A DNA stretch of 64,000 nucleotides, from NCBI GenBank assembly GCA_000091205.1, contig AP006489.2; one strand, written 5' to 3'. A program made the position numbers and the translations under genes. The notes beneath the pieces are model-generated. The model searched no databases and was not told where the DNA came from. It saw only the letters and a list, made by a program, of their open reading frames with translations. Of this stretch, positions 46,872 through 56,566 are shown one piece after another (within the stretch, counting starts at the first letter, position 1; each line of letters opens with the position of its first letter). Origin of the DNA: Cyanidioschyzon merolae (Eukaryota).

Positions 46872-47981
46872 CTAAATAGCATCTTTCACTAGAGGCTCGT
46901 GAAAGGTTTTGTGCAGCCTTGCAGATTTAAGCGGGCCAATACCAGGAACAGATGCGAGCTCTTCTGCGCTAGCCGTAAGCACCCTGCGTAGGCTGCCAAA
47001 ATGTCGCAGAAGAATTGCGGCATCCGCCCGATTCACCGCGCGAGAGTTTGTAAGGAACGCTGCTGCCCGATGGAAAAGCAGATCTCCTCGCTGTACCGAG
47101 TCACCGGAGCCTTCGATGCGCGTCTCAGAGCCTCGGGGCCCCAGCAACGGACCTTGTAAACTGTCCGATGCCTTACCTTCTTGGACTTTGTAGCTCTCGA
47201 GTATTCGTGCTGCCTCGTCCAGATTCCATGCCACCATTAGAGTCAGCTCTTGAATGAGGCACATTTTCTCTAGCTTGGCGAGTGGCGATCCCTCCGGGAT
47301 TCCATCCTCACTCGCTCCGGAACCGAAGAAGACGCCGCCCTCGCTGTCCATCAGAAGCAAAAGTATTCGCAAGCGGAAGGATCTTCGTCCAAGCTTCCGA
47401 ACTCTATCGTATATATAGTCCGGTCGCAGAAGGTGAAACTTCATTGAAAGGAAGAAGGCGCAGGTATAGCTACCCAGAAGAAAGTCTGCGAAACGGAACT
47501 CCCCAAACTTCCACGGAACGTCCCGAAAGTGTTTCAAGAGCGGGTTACCTCTTTGAGTAAGGCTTACAAGTATATGCGATTTCGACTGCGCCTGTAGAAC
47601 CTCAAGCTGGCGAAGAAAATCAACGCTTCCACTAAAAGCCGCAAACTCAACTGACTTCGGCGAGCTTGACGCGTTGAGATCCAGGGCGCCTGGCAGTTCT
47701 TTGGCTCTAGTGGGTGCGTAACCATGATTTGCACTCCTTTCTCTTATGGTTTCAATCAAGTCGACACTCTTTGCGGAGCGTCTCGCCCGTTTGGCGCCTG
47801 GAGAAGTGACTGCGTGCAAGCTCGACTGCGTGCCGCTGCGTGCTGGACTTGAACCGGCAGCGGCAGAGGAGTCTGCACACGTTTCCGTTCGGCTGCATTT
47901 TGTTTGCTTCATCGTTGATGTACCGTTTCTTCCGCACAGTTGCGCCTTCCGTGTGCTCGTCTTGCCGCAAGTTCGCTGCAA
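46872..47981 (-). CDS. ERCC1: DNA excision repair protein ERCC1 (Rad10)
   Basis: Central domain ILVSLTQRGNPLLKHFRDVPWKFGEFRFADFLLG..CAFFLSMKFHLLRPDYIYDRVRKLG, then a C-terminal HhH2 (GSLRRVLTASAEELASVPGIGPLKSARLHKTF). Confidence 0.8.
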   Translation of the reverse strand: MQRTCGKTSTRKAQLCGRNGTSTMKQTKCSRTETCADSSAAAGSSPARSGTQSSLHAVTSPGAKRARRSAKSVDLIETIRERSANHGYAPTRAKELPGALDLNASSSPKSVEFAAFSGSVDFLRQLEVLQAQSKSHILVSLTQRGNPLLKHFRDVPWKFGEFRFADFLLGSYTCAFFLSMKFHLLRPDYIYDRVRKLGRRSFRLRILLLLMDSEGGVFFGSGASEDGIPEGSPLAKLEKMCLIQELTLMVAWNLDEAARILESYKVQEGKASDSLQGPLLGPRGSETRIEGSGDSVQRGDLLFHRAAAFLTNSRAVNRADAAILLRHFGSLRRVLTASAEELASVPGIGPLKSARLHKTFHEPLVKDAI

Positions 47982-48478
47982 ACATCCGCTTACATGCGTG
48001 GTGCGTAGCTGCTAGTGTTCGGGTAGCCTTTCAACTCCACTCTGTACCCCTTCCGCTGCGACGGGCATGAGTCGAGCGAAATCAGTGTGCAATCTACCTC
48101 ATAGATCGTAGATGAGTTGCCTGCAGAATTTATTTTCTCTTCTGAATAGTACAAGTTTGACTGCATTCCTCATTCATACAAGTCATATCACAGTATTCAG
48201 ATGGTTGAGAAACACTGAAAGAAACAAGAACTCGCGCTTCCCGCCAAGAAGCGATATTCTCATAGCGTGTTTGCGGTCCATTGTAGAGAACGACCCGTGG
48301 ATCACCTAACGGGAACCGAACGCAACGATGGTTGCCAACACGGGTGTCCTTGCTTTCCAACACATTGTTCTTGTGGTCCTAAAAGCTCCGGAATACAGTC
48401 GGAAATGATGGCCAATATCATCACCGTGATTTTGCACCCAAATCGCGACGAAAGAGTCTCTGAAATGCTGCGGTCGTT

Positions 48479-48978
48479 ATGAAGCGCGCAGGACGTCATT
48501 TTCCTTCAGTCGATGAGACTTCCTTCGTACGAAACGGTCGATGCCTATATGGGTATTCGTGGAGAGGGAGCTCGATTTACGTACGATCGAGCTCGAAGAG
48601 AAAGAACTCAGCATCTGCTCAAGCTGCAGTGGACTATTCGGCGGCCTCCTTTTTGCTCGTAGGTATTGGCATGTAAGTCGAGGATCCTGGAGGCTCGTCA
48701 TCACCGGCTGAAGAAATAAAACGAAAAAATCCTCTTCTTGCCCACCGTCGCGCGAAGAAGTGCAAGCGGAGAAGAAGAAGAGTGGATATAGGCCGGAAAA
48801 TGCTTTTGCCTGTCAAGACGATGACGAGACTGTTTTGTTAGAGAGGGTGCGAGTTCTGAGAATCTTTGCACAGATGAGTTCATCCAGCGGCAATAAATGC
48901 AAGGTGTTCATGAACCGAGACCTAAACGCCGCCATCAATATCAGACAATGTGTGCTGCTGAAGACGAGACTCGAGTAG
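48479..48978 (+). pseudogene. diverged TnpB/Fanzor-like copy D (3' part). Exon-like blocks at 48479-48673 and ~48712-48978, with a putative intron starting at GTAAGT (48674).
   Basis: Frame 48712-48978 encodes ...REEVQAEKKKSGYRPE...RVRVLRIFAQMSSSSGNKCKVFMNRDLNAAINIRQC, which aligns with copy A (EMEKCQGSPE...KVRGLLAFVSTTNDGKKRMEFVNRDFNAGINIRRC). Upstream block MKRAGRHFPSVDETSF aligns with CARRFATIPVDEFRTSY of copy C. ORF 48760 starts with GTG, not ATG. Confidence 0.45.
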
Positions 48979-51900
48979 CTGGTGGAATCTAACTTTGTGC
49001 TCAAGCCTTTCAGGCTCGAAGAATTTAGGGAAAAACTAATGCTGGCAGAAAGCGTCCTGTCAAAAAAGCTGGGAAGCGCCAGTGGGTGAGTGTATATTCA
49101 CCCTACATGATCAGGGACATTTTCTGCATCACAAACAACGTATGTTGAAGCGGTCGGTATACTCAGAGCCATGATTTCTGGAACACCTTAACACACATGC
49201 TATGTTAGTTTTGCTTGTTTTCTCACGGCCGGTCGGCTCCAGGAATGTAGTCTTTCCATTAGAGAAAACCTGCGGAGAGAATTCGTGCTGTCTCTGCTAA
49301 CTTGGGCAAAATGGCTTACATCTACAAGTGAGTCACTCTACAGCCTCCAGACGAATTAACCACCCATATAGCAGTCCTTATCCTAAACAACGCTCGCCCA
49401 AAACAGATTGCATGAAACTCCTTCTGCACGACTCTCTCATAATCATTCCACCCCATCCCATATGATCTCCTAGCAATGCTACAAAAGCAGCCAAAAATGT
49501 GGAAGGTTTCAGTATCGTTGGTTCTATCGGAGTTGAACAGATTCGGAATGATAAACGGAAAGACGCGCTCAAAACGGAGAGCTTCGAGCTCCGAATAACA
49601 AGCACTACCGACTTTGTATTTAAACGCAAACAACAACTATAGTTGCCACGAATGTTCGTCTCCCTCGAAGAGAATTCATTCGCGAGAATAGTAATACTTC
49701 TATTTGGGTGCTCAGAGAGGGCAAACCTCTGTCTTTAACGCATCGACACGGGAGCATGACGAATATATCAACCAAAGCCGCAATGTGGTCGTGTGGTCAC
49801 CTACAGATCGCCAAACGGACATGATCGTTCAGTCCCTAGCCCTTCCTCGAGACACATTTCATGGCTTCTCTTTCGCACATTCTTGTCGTCTGCTCCGAGC
49901 CAATGTCGCTTTTCCTCATGTAACAGCTGTAAAGGAGTACCCAGCTCAGATCGACTTTGAGCTGCGTTTTATACGGACCTATTCTCCCCGGTCCGATCCA
50001 GACCATGCCGTCTTCTCTACTCTTAAATGCCATATCCATGCTCAAAAATGACAAGCGGACTCATTTGCATCCATGGAACCGATATATGAAGGACGCCGTC
50101 ATGCATCGTATGGCACCTCTTCGGTGGAAAGCTCGCTCAGCATCTGCTGCATTTACGCTCCGCGCCAGTCCTTCTTCGTCGGGGTTCTGGACGCAAAGCG
50201 TTTACGTGTCCACATTCGCCTGAAAATTTTTAATCAAAACTTCGATCGACAAATGATGCTCTAGACATAAGAGACAACACAACGAAGTAGTAGGATAAGG
50301 GCTTTGGATACATGCATCTTAGGATACTTAACACGTCGCCGCGCCAGGTCTGCGATCGGAATATCTACAGCGATGGTATCAAAACGTGGCAAACCACTCT
50401 CACATACCGAGACCGTATCCGCGTCGGTCTCGAGCTGTTCATGAAGCGCACCGTGTAGCCGTTCTAGCCTCACCTAGCAGGCCGAGACACGGAGGGATCA
50501 GCGGAAGGGATCCTTGTGTGTCGATAAAGGCAATCGACGTGCTGGTCCTGGCAGTGGAGGTCGAGATGGCAAGGTGTCGGAAGAGGATGTTGCACAGAGT
50601 GCGACAGTCGCATCCGATCGTCCGAGCTCACCGTGTTGTTCTCCACCACAGAAATATGCACGTCGTATTCAAAGAGTTTTCAGCACCTTGATGCACCCCC
50701 CTTTGCAACTTCCGGCCCGACGTTTTCCCCGAACAGAGCCTTCCGGAGCAGATCAGGTTCTCTTTCCGAATGCGAGCTATATCGCGTATCCAAGCTTCTA
50801 TTAGATAAGCCTCTCGTGTGTCAAATCAAGACTCGCCTTATCAGCGTAGACGCTTCCGCCCCGAGCGACATTCTCAGCGAAGTGTGGCTGGTTTCTGCGG
50901 GCAAGTGTGGAGAATACGAACACTTTCGCTAAGAGAATAGAGGGTTCGCTCATGTTTTCTGGTTTCCAGACGGGAATGGAGACAATACTAACACAAACAA
51001 TGTATACTTTCGGAATATCAAACTGCACGTACTTCGTGGGACCTATGTCTGAAACAGTCTGCGAGAATCTTTCTGACCCGTTCAGGATAATTGATGAGAA
51101 GAGTGGACAGTGTGTTTGCATCTCAGGCATAAGAGCACGAACGGCCTCACAGTACCTCTGAAGGAAGATAGCGAAGCCAAAGTTCTGAACGGATAGCAGA
51201 TAAAAGTTTCTGGCTGTTCCTGGGCTCGGGATCATAGAGTCTGTGGTGTTTCGGAGCGGAGGAGCCATACAACCAAAAGTAATGACAGCGTCAGGACCCA
51301 GCTCGACGCTCAAGAACACTGTATTGACCTGTGGAAGCCTTGCACGATTTATTCAGAGAGTAAACGATCGCTCAAGTTCCTAATGCGTACGATCCTTGAC
51401 AGAAATAAATAAAACAATGTTGGGGTCAACGTCCGCTTCCATTGCACCGACGGAGGAAGCGTCCATATACCCATTAGTTCAGTCAGTTTGAAAACGGAAA
51501 GAACCGAGAAGTCGCTTCATCTGGTGGTAGGCGATGGCGCTGAATATGCTCTGGTGCGCAAAGCCTGCATTCTGGCTCCTGAAACTAGAGCATTCAGTAA
51601 GTGCAGGAACCAAGTCTGTGCGATTCCCGTCGATTATAGAAGGATGACAAACACGCCTTACGAGCGAGATTGCATGCCGAAACTGGAAGGCGAGTTCAAC
51701 ATGAAACAGAGGCGTTTGTATACGATGGTCTACAGGAGGCTGATCGAACATCAGACTGCGAGGAAATCGAGAATGAGGAACCTGCTTTTTGATGATTCCA
51801 GCAGCAACAATGCGTACCAGCACATTCTGCAGCGAGCATTGATCGCCTAGATCATTTTCCGGAAATTTCTCCTGCTTCCCGGGCGTTCAGTGGCCTTGTA

Positions 51901-53498
51901 TCGAGCGAACTTTCGAACGATTCGATTAGTACTCAGAGTGAGCATTCCGCTGGAATGTGGAAGACATTAGATCAAGAAGTTCAATAGCAAGGAGAGTGGA
52001 AATTTGATGCTCGCCCATGTGAAGGCACAGGTATGGTACGGTACAACAATCTAGCCAGGCTTGGGCGCCAAGCACGAGCGACGGAAACGGCTTTTCCTAG
52101 CAATTGATAGAATATAATGGTGTTCTGTTCTTAAATAATACTGAATATTGCATAAACAAGTGCAAAAATATCGAACGCATGCATCTATGCAGCCATGGCA
52201 CACGATTCGCTGCGAGGCCGGCTGCGGTGCCTCTCGTGAATGGTAAAGGGTCGCTGAATGTAAACCAGGATCTGCAAGTCTTTTTGGTGCGCTTGATCGT
52301 CTAAACCACCGGGGGATCAGCAATTTCGAGAGCGATATCGGCTTCCGAGAAGGCGTCCATTTTTCTGTATCAAAACTCCAAAGTCTACCAGCTACCGCCT
52401 TAGCTTCTCATTCGAGACATTAGTCTGTTCGCGGCATCATCCGAGTACAAAGTCCTCCAAGAGCGTCCACTGTTACCGTCTACATGGCCGCGCTACCGAT
52501 CACGCCCGAAGAGAGGACTGCTTTGCCATACGCTTGTCGGCCTGGGGCTTAAGCTCTCGAATACGTCGTAATATTTTCCAGCAAGCTCACGTTGCAGTGC
52601 ACAGAGACCGCCTCGCATGAACCACTTTTGTACGTTGAATCGAGGGTCTTGACTAGTGTCGACCGTATTACAGCTGTTTGCGGATCATGGAATGTTACCT
52701 ATTTTGACCTCGAGGTGACTATTTGTGGCAACACCGGTGTCTAGGCATGCGGTAGCGCTCCTCGGGCCGTAGGACGCTTTTACCCTATCTTGTGTTTCGC
52801 TTCCATGTCCCATAATGTATAGGCAGAAGCGTTGAACGTTTCACACAGAATACGCAGCCATGCAACGTGTGAAAATTGGAGTCGACTCCTAAGCGTATTG
52901 CAGTAGCATGAAGAAACAACAGAAGCTCATGTTAGTTATCTCATTCGAGATAAAGACGGGTTACTGGATTTTGCAGTCATGTAGTTCGCGAAGAGGCTTC
53001 AGGATCCTTTTTAAAAGGGACAAGGCACATGCCTCGTCTTGAAATACTGGTTCATGTCCACAACGCGTTTGTCGGCCAACGACCATTTATTATGTGTTTG
53101 ATCCTCGAAGCGAAACCAATACTGGACTCTGCATAGTCAATGGCAAAGCATTCGCTCTAGTGTCAGATTTCGGTATGAGTAAATCTTTTGCTCCAGGGAC
53201 CGAAGATACGGTTCCGCACCACATCCCGATACGCTGGTGTAGTGGCCACCTTAAGGGACCACGTGCAATGGTGTGTCCATTGCAGACGTAAAACCTAGAA
53301 TCTCAGGGACTCGCTCGCGGAGCCGTGCTCCCGCAGTGCATCGTGCAATGTCATGTTGGTCGAAGACAGTATTTTCTGTCTCTCCAATGCTGCTCGAGAA
53401 ATGAAACCCATCCCTTCTTCGCATGAAGTGCATGTGTGTTGGGTTCTCAGTGAGGTAGGCATTCATCAAGAACCCCCAGCTGATCTAATAAGGAACAC

Positions 53499-54323
53499 TC
53501 AGGTGCGCTCTTGGGCCAAGCATGAAGCTATATCGTCCGTTGAAAACTCCCGGCGGTCGTTCGATTCGCAAGCACCTTCCCTTATTCTATAATACGCAGT
53601 TGTTGTGTCCTCGTCCACGAATCCAAAAATTACGCTGGATTTTCGTGACCCGGCCTGGCGGTCTGTAGAATGTGTACTCGCGCTGGAGTCTGCGACGTGT
53701 CTGTTTTTAACAATACCTTCGATATGGGAGCTCATGCGCAAAGCTTGATCAAGATTGCTCAACTTGAGCATCGCATGCATAGGGACGGCAATCACGACTT
53801 CAGGCTCTCTACGAGACGTAATTATCCGTTCTTCAGTGCGAGTCTCCGACTGAGGTGACAGGGCGTTGATCGCTCGGCCAGAAGGCGGCGACCCGACAAT
53901 GCAGCAACGCACGTGAAAGCAGGCACGTTCACTCCCCAGAATGCACTGCGCAGAGTGTAGCTCCTGGACCATGGAGTCCTCCTCGAACAGAGGCCCTAAC
54001 AAGCCCGTGGGAAAGGTTGCCGAATCCGAATAAACCACTTCGACATTGGACCAACACCGAAGTTTTGTTAAATCTGCATATACTTGGTAAAGCGCAGCGT
54101 ACCAGCGCTCTGGAGGCGAGTCCACACAGCTCTTCGCAAGACGAATCGCATCGTGCCCAGCCAGGAAACTGCTCCGGTCTCGTTCCGCAACACTGTCGCT
54201 TTCCACCTCTACCATAAAGAAAAGCGCGCTCTCGCAGGTTCGAAATGCCGGACTTTCCAGCCCCAACGATTGACTCGGAAAACGTCCGATTCGATGAACC
54301 TGACTGCTTGGAGCCGCACGCAC
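53499..54323 (-). CDS. hypothetical protein
   Basis: 274-aa ORF immediately flanking the palindrome, no recognisable domain. Confidence 0.25.
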   Translation of the reverse strand: MRAAPSSQVHRIGRFPSQSLGLESPAFRTCESALFFMVEVESDSVAERDRSSFLAGHDAIRLAKSCVDSPPERWYAALYQVYADLTKLRCWSNVEVVYSDSATFPTGLLGPLFEEDSMVQELHSAQCILGSERACFHVRCCIVGSPPSGRAINALSPQSETRTEERIITSRREPEVVIAVPMHAMLKLSNLDQALRMSSHIEGIVKNRHVADSSASTHSTDRQAGSRKSSVIFGFVDEDTTTAYYRIREGACESNDRREFSTDDIASCLAQERT

Positions 54324-54332
54324 GCACGGACA

Positions 54333-55310
54333 AAACGCCTTTCAAAAGAAAAATGCTGTCGCCGGCCGTGTACAGGAGTGGCGAATGGTGCGCCCTAGAC
54401 TAGACATCTCCAACCGACGTGCAGACGCCTCCCAGTGCTTTTGGAGCGGCCACCTACTACTGCTTCCAATTGTTTCTCATATAGTTCGACTTTGAGAGGT
54501 TCTCTTACAAAGTTCTCTCTTGTCCATTCTGGAGGACTTTTCTCTAGTACCGCACATCTACTTTTATTGATAGGGGCGTTAAAGTCTCGATTCACAAACT
54601 TCATTCGTTTCTTGCCATCACTGGTTGTACTTACTAATGGAAGTAGTCCACGAACTTTCGCCCTCCTTTCCATTTGCTCTTCCGTTAGCGGTCCGTACTT
54701 TTTTATATCCTCAGGGCTCTGCTGACACTTTTCCATCTCGACCCTCTGAAGTGCACACCCCAGTTCATGGAGTGTATAGGACGTTCGGAACTCATCTACA
54801 GGTATCGTAGCGAAACGCCTTGCGCACTCCTTGTACGTTCTTGTTGACGGAGCTGGCGTAGTCCCTTTTTTGGACGCCCAGCGCCCTGCTCCGTTTGCTA
54901 CAACGAGCCTCTCACTCTCGTCCTTCTTGAGGGCGCTCAACTCATTGAAAAAGTTCGCGAACGCCCGCTGCTTTTCACAATACAAATTCATTCGCAAACG
55001 AGCCCACCGGGGCTTTGTGCATTCTTTCCAAAGGCTCTCGTCATGAGCAGCGTGAATTTTCATAACCTCTCGAAAAGCTTCAATGTCGGCTCCCCGGCTC
55101 GTCACATGGCTGATCGCTTCCAAATTCCCTTAACACCTGAATTCGATGTCTCACTTTTCTTCCTTGCATTCATTATACGGGATTCTCGATGGTATCTCGC
55201 TCATGAGAGCATCAACAGACTTATGTCTTTCTGACGTAAGTTACCATCAGTACCATCTTCCGCACGCTTGGGTGCTGCGACAGTTATGATATTTGTGTTC
55301 CAAGGGTCCA
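54333..55310 (-). mobile_element. TnpB/Fanzor-like element, copy B (left arm of the palindrome)
   Basis: Reverse complement of 55536-56513 at ~99.9% (one aa difference, T vs I, in RSKS[T/I]GRR). Confidence 0.6.
54395..55123 (-). CDS. TnpB/Fanzor-like nuclease C-terminal-domain protein (242 aa), copy B
   Basis: ...TRTYKECARRF...KKRMKFVNRDFNAPINKSRC. The RuvC-III-like motif carries A>P and I>K substitutions relative to the consensus. Confidence 0.55.
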   Translation of the reverse strand: MEAISHVTSRGADIEAFREVMKIHAAHDESLWKECTKPRWARLRMNLYCEKQRAFANFFNELSALKKDESERLVVANGAGRWASKKGTTPAPSTRTYKECARRFATIPVDEFRTSYTLHELGCALQRVEMEKCQQSPEDIKKYGPLTEEQMERRAKVRGLLPLVSTTSDGKKRMKFVNRDFNAPINKSRCAVLEKSPPEWTRENFVREPLKVELYEKQLEAVVGGRSKSTGRRLHVGWRCLV

Positions 55311-55356
55311 CACCAACGACAAAGTCCTTACCCTGCACCTCCTGCATCGCAGGATC

Positions 55357-55477
55357 CGCACTCTTCTCATCTACATGTTTCGCCTAGCCGTCTACAAGGT
55401 TGTACTTCTCCAACTCCTGCGTCGCAGGATCCGCATCCTTCTCATCTACATCCTTCGCCACGGGCGAAGCCGAGGAC
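55357..55477 (+). repeat. two 46-bp near-identical direct repeats (period 75 bp) at the centre of the palindrome loop
   Basis: ctcctgcatcgcaggatccgcactcttctcatctacatgtttcgcc (55357-55402) and ctcctgcgtcgcaggatccgcatccttctcatctacatccttcgcc (55432-55477). Confidence 0.8.
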
Positions 55478-55535
55478 GGACCAGGAGGCGGGCCCGACAG
55501 CGCTGGAGGTGCAGAAGAACGATTTCTCGTTGGCG

Positions 55536-56513
55536 TGGACTCTGGGAACACAAATATCATAACTGTCGCAGCACCCAAGCGTGCGGAAGATGGTACTGAT
55601 GGTAACTTACGTCAGAAAGACATAAGTCTGTTGATGCTCTCATGAGCGAGATACCATCGAGAATCCCGTATAATGAATGCAAGGAAGAAAAGTGAGACAT
55701 CGAATTCAGGTGTTAAGGGAATTTGGAAGCGATCAGCCATGTGACGAGCCGGGGAGCCGACATTGAAGCTTTTCGAGAGGTTATGAAAATTCACGCTGCT
55801 CATGACGAGAGCCTTTGGAAAGAATGCACAAAGCCCCGGTGGGCTCGTTTGCGAATGAATTTGTATTGTGAAAAGCAGCGGGCGTTCGCGAACTTTTTCA
55901 ATGAGTTGAGCGCCCTCAAGAAGGACGAGAGTGAGAGGCTCGTTGTAGCAAACGGAGCAGGGCGCTGGGCGTCCAAAAAAGGGACTACGCCAGCTCCGTC
56001 AACAAGAACGTACAAGGAGTGCGCAAGGCGTTTCGCTACGATACCTGTAGATGAGTTCCGAACGTCCTATACACTCCATGAACTGGGGTGTGCACTTCAG
56101 AGGGTCGAGATGGAAAAGTGTCAGCAGAGCCCTGAGGATATAAAAAAGTACGGACCGCTAACGGAAGAGCAAATGGAAAGGAGGGCGAAAGTTCGTGGAC
56201 TACTTCCATTAGTAAGTACAACCAGTGATGGCAAGAAACGAATGAAGTTTGTGAATCGAGACTTTAACGCCCCTATCAATAAAAGTAGATGTGCGGTACT
56301 AGAGAAAAGTCCTCCAGAATGGACAAGAGAGAACTTTGTAAGAGAACCTCTCAAAGTCGAACTATATGAGAAACAATTGGAAGCAGTAGTAGGTGGCCGC
56401 TCCAAAAGCATTGGGAGGCGTCTGCACGTCGGTTGGAGATGTCTAGTCTAGGGCGCACCATTCGCCACTCCTGTACACGGCCGGCGACAGCATTTTTCTT
56501 TTGAAAGGCGTTT
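55536..56513 (+). mobile_element. TnpB/Fanzor-like element, copy C (right arm of the palindrome)
   Basis: Inverted copy of 54333-55310. ORF 55723-56451, then a conserved ~60-bp 3' tail ending 55 bp upstream of the ATG of the LRR gene. Confidence 0.6.
55723..56451 (+). CDS. TnpB/Fanzor-like nuclease C-terminal-domain protein (242 aa), copy C
   Basis: ATG-initiated, and ~85% aa-identical to copy A with many synonymous nucleotide differences. Confidence 0.55.
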   Translation: MEAISHVTSRGADIEAFREVMKIHAAHDESLWKECTKPRWARLRMNLYCEKQRAFANFFNELSALKKDESERLVVANGAGRWASKKGTTPAPSTRTYKECARRFATIPVDEFRTSYTLHELGCALQRVEMEKCQQSPEDIKKYGPLTEEQMERRAKVRGLLPLVSTTSDGKKRMKFVNRDFNAPINKSRCAVLEKSPPEWTRENFVREPLKVELYEKQLEAVVGGRSKSIGRRLHVGWRCLV

Positions 56514-56566
56514 GTTTTCGGGGTGTTTCCGGGCTCAACAAGAAACGCTCGTTCCCATTTAGATGC

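Noticed and set aside
48760-48978. ORF 48760-48978 as a stand-alone 72-aa gene
   Set aside because: Its listed start codon is GTG, not ATG, and its frame is open upstream to 48712. It is better explained as the terminal exon or fragment of the diverged TnpB-like copy D.
55357-55477. Tandem repeats in the palindrome loop as a CRISPR-like array
   Set aside because: There are only two repeat units, in a eukaryotic context, with no spacer-repeat periodicity beyond that. This is a simple tandem duplication.
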